A stretch of 64,000 nt of DNA from assembly GCF_009914755.1 (NCBI RefSeq), contig NC_060941.1; one strand, given 5' to 3'. The stretch comes from the human T2T-CHM13v2.0 reference genome, Homo sapiens. Numbering within the stretch: position 1 is the first letter of the stretch; each line of letters starts with the position of its first letter. The translations under genes were made by a program, and so were the position numbers. Below are positions 52,991-64,000 of this stretch, in pieces. Under the pieces are notes generated by a model. The model searched no databases. It was not told the origin of the DNA and worked only from the letters and a program-made list of their open reading frames with translations.

Positions 52991-53532
52991 GTGTTTGTTG
53001 GAGCTGACAAGCCTCAACTGTTCGCAAGCTCCGAGGAAGTCTCTGCCCTGCCCTGTTTCTCGGTGAGGGATGCAGATCCCAGTGTGGGCCAGTTGCCCCA
53101 GCGTCTCCAGCCCCGTCCTGACCTCGATGCCCAGGGTGTCCACGCACCCACCGTGCCACTTTCTGGGAGGACTTTGGGCTTGACCTGCTGTCTTTCAGCC
53201 ATGCTCAGGTGGAGCGTTCTGTTCTGTTTTCATTTACAGACACACACGGCAACCCTCCCCCTCAGGCACTGGAAAACACACACCCCACACCCCACACCCA
53301 GGAGGCTATTTTGGTCCTTCCCTCCCTCCTGGACCAGGAAACCCTGATGGGGACACGAAGAAACAGTTGGGGCTGGCAGTGATGCAATAGCTCTGACGGG
53401 CAGACAGCGCCTGGGATGCGGCCTTTCCATGGCCCCGCTGGCCCGGCTCAGCTTAACACATTCCGGCCGGTGGCCAGTGGGCTGGGCTCAGGCCGGGGAG
53501 TGACAGCGACCGAGGCTGCCCGGGGCACCTAC

Positions 53533-53679
53533 CTGTCTTCTGGTCGCCGCTGACCAGGAACTTGAGGATGTTGTTCATAGCCCCCATGTAGAAGATGAGC
53601 CGCAGCTGCGTGACGCACATGGTGACCAGGCTGAGCAGCAGGATGGGGCTGAACACGCTGTGCATGAAGGAGGGGGCCA
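53533..53679 (-). CDS. SLC43A2: SLC43A2 exon 9 (147 nt; [49 protein letters not shown])
   Basis: Peptide in ORF 53453..53680; gcag / gtaggt; phase 1/1. Confidence 0.96.
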
Positions 53680-53999
53680 CTGCAGGGAGAGGGTGCGGGG
53701 CTCAGGGCCGGGGCACACTGTCCCCACCACCGGGGGGACACGCAGATCCCTCCACGCTGGAGGCCAGGAGGGGGCCCTCGGGACGGGCCTGGTGAGGGTA
53801 ACGGGGTTGGCGCTGCGGTGGGGTCACCTCTTGGGTGAAATCAGGCAAATCCCTTTCCCTCCCCCAGGCCTTCCTGAGCGCCTCTGCAGAACAGGGCGGG
53901 CGGGGCCGCCTCCCCTTTTGGGGTGAGGTGGGAATGGGGTGAGCCGATACCCACAGAGCACTCCCTGCCCGTCGCCCGGCTGCGGTCTCAGGCGGGTAC

Positions 54000-54202
54000 C
54001 TGCAGCATCCGGCTGGCACTTCACCTCCAGGTCGACGGTGGACAGGCACAGCTTGTGGCCCTCCTGCAGCGCCACCTGCTCCTTGGCACTCCTCATGGAG
54101 CTGCCCACACTCAGGCGCCGGCCCACCGTGGTCACCTGCTTGTAGAACTGCTTCCCTGTGATCTTGTGGTCAAAGCCCAGCCAGCTGAACTTGATCTTCA
54201 CC
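54000..54202 (-). CDS. SLC43A2: SLC43A2 exon 8 (203 nt; [35 protein letters not shown]...VKCQPDAA)
   Basis: Peptide in ORF 53824..54201; ccag / gtaccc; phase 2/1. Confidence 0.95.
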
Positions 54203-54296
54203 CTGGGGCCCCGGGAGAGTGTCTGTGGGTGCTGCCCGGGACCCCGGCTGGGGGGCGGGGGCTGGGGGCAGGCGGGACGGGGGCACCTCTACTTAC

Positions 54297-54430
54297 GAGT
54301 AGTCCATGTCCTCCGGCCCCGGGAAGGGCTCAAGGGGCCAGTTAAAGAAGCAGTTGAGGAAAACCAGCCCGGAGCAGCCGGCCCAGACCACGAGGACGAC
54401 GATGAAGGAGACACCAGCATCATAGATGAG
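54297..54430 (-). CDS. SLC43A2: SLC43A2 exon 7 (134 nt; [44 protein letters not shown])
   Basis: Peptide in ORF 54293..54721; tcag / gtaagt; phase 0/2. Confidence 0.96.
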
Positions 54431-54942
54431 CTGACAGGCACCGCGGGGACGGGGTGGGGGGGGGGGGAGGGGCAGAGTTAGCCCGGGGAGGCCAGAGCCG
54501 CAGCAGGCAGGGGCGTCTGGCCACCCCTGCTGTCCCTGTGCTGAGCCGCGCAAAGAGGCACAGCCCTGCCAGCCTGGGCGTTGGGGCATCAGGCACCCGC
54601 CTTCCAGTCCTCCCACCGTGCCTGCCCTGCTGGTCATCTGGGCCTGGCGTGTGATTAGCCCCCCGACTCGGAGGCCTTCCTGACCGCCCCGCCATGACCA
54701 CGGCACGTCTTGCAGGCTCATAGTGATCGGCCCAGCAGAGGGGACGGTGCTCCTGGCCCGTCGGCTTGTCTGGTATTAGCGGAGCTCCCTGAAGGCGGGA
54801 ACCGGCCAGCCCCGTCCACTGATGCTTCCCCAGTGCCTCTGAGAGCTCACATGGCAGAGGCCAAAGAAATGCTCAAGGAAGCCAGGCATGGTGGCTCACG
54901 CCTGTAATCCCAGCACTTTGGGAGGCCAAAGTGGGCGGATCA

Positions 54943-55389
<447 letters not shown>

Positions 55390-55919
55390 CTACGGGGCCC
55401 TGGCAGACCCACAGGGTCTGGGGAACTTGGGCTGATGGACTGTGAGGTGTTTGCTTCGTCCTGACCCTGTGTGACTTCCACAGGCTCAAAATCCTGCCTA
55501 GGAGGGAAACAGCTGAAACACTTGGCCAAGAGCAGTGCTTTGGCTGGCGGGGAGTAACGGTACAATAACAGCAGGCTGGGGGTTGGGGAGCAGGGGAGCA
55601 GCGGGAGACCAGGATGACGGAGGAGACGGGGGCAAGACTCACAACTGGAAACAGACTCACCCACCGCCCTTCCCCTGCCCCAGCCCCGAAATGCAAAGGC
55701 ACCTGCGGCAGATCCTGCAGCCACATGCGTGATTCCCGTCCCCTGAGGCCCCGCGGTTTTCATTTGTCGCCCCTGTGATGCCCAGGTGCATCCTGCCCGG
55801 GTGGGGGTGGTGGAGAGGGGCCACCCCGGGTGCCCACAATTGCCTCCCTCTTCAGAGAGGGTGGAAGGAGCCTGGAGCAGGCCTCTGCACAGACACCAGT
55901 GCAAAATACACGTGCTCAC

Positions 55920-56012
55920 CTTGATTCCTGGAAAGGTGACTGCCGAGGAGGCGTAGGACCCAATCATCAAGGCAATAAACGTGGACCGAAGGTCGCCGAA
56001 CATGTTGGGCAG
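55920..56012 (-). CDS. SLC43A2: SLC43A2 exon 6 (93 nt; [31 protein letters not shown]); earlier exons lie off the right edge
   Basis: Peptide in ORF 55371..56096; tcag / gtgagc; phase 0/0. Confidence 0.96.
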
Positions 56013-57302
56013 CTGAGAGATAAGAAGCAGAGAAACCTCAGTGGGGAGGATGCACCAGGGAAGGGGAGGAGGAGGGGACAGAGAACTAGGCCCCATGAGG
56101 CCCCTTCTTCACCTGCGCCCCTTCCTGTGTGACTCACAGGGGCATTAGTTCAGGGGCAATGACCGCTCACTGAAGGTTTCTCCTTCATGGACTGAGGCTG
56201 ATGGGGCCAAGGAGGGAGGTAATGCAGAATACAAGCAGTTGTCTGACTTTCCGGCTGGCAACCCTCCCTATCTCTCTGCTCCTGGCAGAGCCCAGGAGCC
56301 TTCTTGTCTTTTCAGGGTAACACTGAGATGCCAGAGAACAAAGTTATGAGCCTCAGGCAGCCCTCAAAGGGAGAAAGCCTGTTAAAAATAAGAATCTATT
56401 TGGGGATAATAGCATCATTTTATAAATAAAAATATCAGCATTCCAGAAAGACCAGATGTCAGCAAAAACTGCTTTTGGTTTGGAGAGGGTAGGTTTTTGG
56501 AAGATGTCAATCAGAATTCTACAGTTCTCTTCGGTCTGAGGATGAAGCTGGCCCAGGATTCCTGCTTCTGAATTTCTTTTCTTTGTTTTGAGATGGGGTT
56601 TTGCTCTTGTTCCCCAGGCTGGAGCGCAGTGGTGTGAGCTCGGCTCGTTGCAACCTCCGCCTCCCTGGTTCAAGTGATTCTCCTGCCTCAGCCTCCCAAG
56701 TCGCGAGATTAGAGATGCCCGCCACCATGCCTGGCTAATTTTTGTATTTTTAGTAGAGACGGGGTTTCACCATGTTGGCCAGGCTGATCTCAAGTGATCC
56801 GCCCGCCTCGGCCTCCCAAAGTGCTGGGACTACAGGCGTGAGCCACCGCGCCCGGCCTCCTGCTTCTGAATTTCTCAGTACAAGCAGGGGATTATCTTCC
56901 CACAGGATGTTCGGCCCGAGCAGTTAGCATCCTGGAAGGCCAACGGGAAGCAAGGTCCGGGCTCTCTTCCCAACGAAGCCACTCTCGGCATCTCACATCA
57001 GCTCATTCTGGGTACAGGGCAAGAGGGGGCCCACCTGAACAGGACTTCAAGGCTAACTCTTGCTCATTCTACCGAAATCCAGGCCTAGGGCAAACTACAT
57101 CCTCCCAAAGAGGCACAGGTTCTCTAACCTCAAGAGACATCACACTGTGTGTAGCAAACCTTTCCTGTCCACACCCAGCGTCCCTGGCCTTGGGGGCTGC
57201 CCTCTGGATAGCCATGCCAACCTATTTCATTAAATTCAGGCTGCTTATGGGGACTTAATCTATGTCCCCTCCACCCTCCCCACCACTCCCCATTTGTCTT
57301 GA

Positions 57303-57503
<201 letters not shown>

Positions 57504-57666
57504 TAGAGACGGGGTTTCACCACGTTAGCCAGGATGGTCTCCATCTCCTGACTTCGTGATCCGCCCGCCTCGGCCTCCCAAAGTGCTGGGATTACAGGTG
57601 TGAGCCACCACACCCGGCCTTTTTTTCTTGTTTTAAGAGACAGGATCTGCTGGACGCAGTGGCTCA

Positions 57667-58087
<421 letters not shown>

Positions 58088-58689
58088 TCACTGCAGCCTC
58101 CAACTTGGCTCAAGTGATCTTCCCCCCCCAGCTCCCAAGTCACTGGGACAACAGGCCCACGCCACCATGCCCCAGCTAGTGGTTTTTTTTTTGGAGGCAG
58201 GGTATCGCTCTGTCACCCAGGCTGGAATGCACTGACATGCAATCTTGGCTCTCTGCAACCTCCACCTCCCAAGTTCAAGCGAGTCTCCTGCCTCAGCGTC
58301 CTGTGTGGCTGGGACCACAGGTGTGCACCACCATGCCCGGCTAATTTTTGTATTGTTAGTAGAGATAGGGTTTCACCATGCTGCCAGGCTGGTCTTGAAC
58401 TCCTGACCTCAAGCGATCCATCTATCTTGGCCTCCCAAAGTGCTGGGATTACAGGCATCAGCCATCACGCCCGGCCTTTAATTATTTTTGTAGAGATGGG
58501 GTCTCACTATATTGCCCAGGCTAGACTTGAACTCCTGGCCTCAAGCTCTTCTCCCACCTTGGCCTCCCAAAATAAATAATTTTTGTTTTATCAAACCTGC
58601 CTGCCTGCAAGCAAATTAACTGTTACTGAGCGGAGGGAGTTTGAACTTGGCGACATACCTGTCTGCAGTCACTGCTGCCTGTTTTGCCC

Positions 58690-59660
58690 ACTTTTAAAAA
58701 TGAGTAAGGGATGTCAGCAAAATTTAAAACCTCTGTGCTTCAAAGGATGGCATCAAGAAAGTGAAAAGAGAGCCGGGCGCGGTGGCTCACACCTGTCATC
58801 CCCGCACTTTGGGAGGCCGAGGCAGGCAGATCACGAGGTCAGCAGTTCAACACCAGCCTGGCCAACATGGGGAAACCCTATCTCTACTAAAAATACAAAA
58901 AATTAGCCGGGCGTGGTGGTGGACGCCTGTAATCCCAGCTACTCGGGAGGCTGAGACAGGAGAATCCCTTGAACCGGGAGATGGAGGTTGCAGTGAGCTG
59001 ACATTGATCCACTGCACTCTAGCCTGGGCAAGAGTGCGAGACTCCATCTCAAAAAAAAAAGAAAGTGAAAACAGGCTGGGAGTGGTGGCTCGTGCCTGTC
59101 ATCCCAGCACTTTGGAAGGCTGGGGCAGCGGGATTACTTGAGGGCAGGAGTTCAAGAAAGTGAAAAGAATGCACAGAATGGGAGAAACTTCTTACAAATC
59201 ACAGATCAAGAGCTTGCATCTAGAATATATAAACATAGTGCCCAACAGTTATTCAAAAAACAAAAAATAGAACATATAAAGAACCCCTACATCTCAATAA
59301 TAAAAAGATAAATAACCAATTTTTTTTTTTAGATGGAGTCTCGCTCTGTCTCCCAGGCTGGAGTGCAGTGGTGCGATCTCGGCCCACTCCAACCTCTGTC
59401 TCCTGGGTTCATGCCATTCTCCCACCTCAGCCTCCCGAGCGGCACCTCCCATTGCAGGTATGTGCCACCACGCCCAGCTATTTTTTGAAATAACCAATTT
59501 TTTAAATGGGCAAAGGATCTGAATAGACATTTCTCCAAAGAAGATATACAAATGGCCAATAAGCATATGGAAAGATGCTCAACATCATTAATCATAGTGA
59601 AATTCAAATCAAAGCCACAATGAGATACCACTTGATACCCATTAGGACACCAAAAAGTCA
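58690..59660 (+). mobile_element. Old L1M ORF2 fragments interrupted by Alus
   Basis: aaatgggcaaaggatctgaatagacatttctccaaagaagatatacaaatggccaataagcatatggaaagatgctcaacatcattaatcat is typical L1 ORF2 sequence. Confidence 0.8.
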
Positions 59661-59694
59661 CAGTGAGGCCAGGCGCGGTGGCTCACGCCTGTCA

Positions 59695-59970
<276 letters not shown>

Positions 59971-60017
59971 TCACGCCTGTAATCCCAGCACTTTGGGAGG
60001 CCGAGGTGGGCAGATCA

Positions 60018-60443
<426 letters not shown>

Positions 60444-60891
60444 TCACTTGAACTTGGGAGGCAGAGCTTGCAGTGAGTCAAGATATCGCCACTGCCCTCC
60501 ACCCTGGGCGACAGAGTGAGACTCCGTCTCAAAAAGAAAAAAAAAAGAAAAAAGAAAAAGAAAAGAAAAGAAATCCCTTCCAACAGAAGACAAAAGAAAT
60601 GTGATGTGCTCACACGTGCCCAGGCACGCCCAGGTGAGCAATCTTACTCTCTGGGTACCTGCCTCCCAGGTAGGTTGCAGTTCAAAGGACAAGCCTCGGT
60701 TCCCAAGCTCACATATTTGGGCTGCTCCATTACTGCACTGTAGCAAAGGCATCTCCGTGGCCATATCTATCCCAGTGAGAATGCAAATATTTGTTCTGCT
60801 TATGCGGAAGGAGGGAAGTGTTCCTGCCCGGCATGCCAGCACAGCCGGCGCAAAGAAAGAAAGAAAGAAAGGGGCCAGGCGCGGTGGCTCA

Positions 60892-61242
<351 letters not shown>

Positions 61243-61713
61243 TCAGGTGAGGCTAACATGTAGGTTGCTGCAGTCACCTTTGGGTAAAAAGAGTGTCTCA
61301 AACTTTTCAACAGAGCTAGAGAATGTTCCGGAAAAGCAGAGAGCTTGCTAGCTAGGCATTTTCCTTCTACCTTTTTAATCTCAAGCCTGCCTGCCTTAAC
61401 CCTAACCTAGGCTACAGACCAACAGAGCCACAGGGCCCTGGGGTGACCATGTGGCCCTGCCTGGTCTTCTGGAGTCTTCTCCCCAGCACTAGATCCAGGA
61501 TGGGGAAGAGCAGAACCTGGGGAAGAGGCCGACTCTCCATCTGTCCATGGATGAGGCCTTGCCCTCAGGCCTGGACAGGGCAGGGGCCTCCCAGCTGCTC
61601 CCTTTGATGCCCTGCCTCTTGCCGCCTGGAACATTCTTACCAGCACCAAGAAAATTCTTCCCAACATGTTATTCTGGTCAGCAGGGCCATTCCTTAGGGA
61701 GTAGAGTGCCTCA

Positions 61714-62187
<474 letters not shown>

Positions 62188-62230
62188 TTAGGAGGCTGAG
62201 GCAGGTGGATCACTTGAGGCCAGCAGTTCA

Positions 62231-62449
<219 letters not shown>

Positions 62450-62588
62450 TTACTAATGACTTTCAACATTTTTCTACAACTTAAAAAATTATTTGGCCAG
62501 GCGCGGTGGCTCACGCCTGTAATCCCAGCACTTTGGGAAGCTGAGGCGGGTGGATCATGAGGTCAGGAGATCGAGACCATCCTCGCTA

Positions 62589-62811
<223 letters not shown>

Positions 62812-62861
62812 CTATGGGGATGTTAATCTTTCTTTTTTTTTTTTACAGTAAGCTATATATT

Positions 62862-63233
<372 letters not shown>

Positions 63234-63260
63234 TAATTTCAAAGTAGGTCTGTGCTCTAA

Positions 63261-63650
<390 letters not shown>

Positions 63651-64000
63651 TGAGTGAGGAATCAGGTTTCAGGACCCTCAATGTTGACAACTAACATTTT
63701 ACCCTTGAGATTTTACCTAGAGATACCGAAAGAAAAGATAACATCTGAATACAAGAATCGCGTTGCATATTTGCTGCCTCCATAGGGTTGTTGTGGTAGC
63801 GACTGATTTTCCACCCCTCCCAGTTTGGTGGTGTTTGTTTGTTTGTTTGTTTGTTTGTTTGTTTTAAGTAAAATGTCAGAAATGCAAAAATGCTGCATTT
63901 ATTTCCCTTAAGACATTGAAAATAGTGGAAGTTTGCAGATTTTTAATTCTTCGTAGGTCTGAGCTGGCACTAGACTGCTACCAAAGGGGTCTGTTCCACA

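Overview
Primate (almost certainly human, 17p13.3) genomic DNA, very Alu-rich, with two tandem minus-strand genes. Left: the CpG-island promoter and coding exons 1-7 of PITPNA (phosphatidylinositol transfer protein alpha), including an 8-nt microexon; later exons lie off-window to the left. Right: the last nine coding exons of SLC43A2 (LAT4 amino-acid transporter), a 12-nt in-frame cassette microexon (VMAT), and a 3' UTR with a proximal and an L2-derived distal poly(A) signal. All exons were located by hand at GT-AG boundaries and their phases join into continuous reading frames. Nearly all long ORFs in the supplied track are Alu- or GC-content artefacts. I found no evidence of a new protein-coding system. 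The most interesting unexplained structure: (1) a ~1.3-1.5 kb direct duplication shared by the SLC43A2 long 3' UTR and intron 9, with patchy identity suggestive of gene conversion; (2) several short templated copy events 2 kb apart or as fold-backs; (3) a tailless retrocopy of the 5' half of tRNA-Ile(TAT) with a 16-bp target-site duplication; (4) the two microexons; (5) a GATA plus MARE motif cluster in SLC43A2 intron 9. Gene names, exon numbers and repeat-family names rely on recalled sequences, not database searches.
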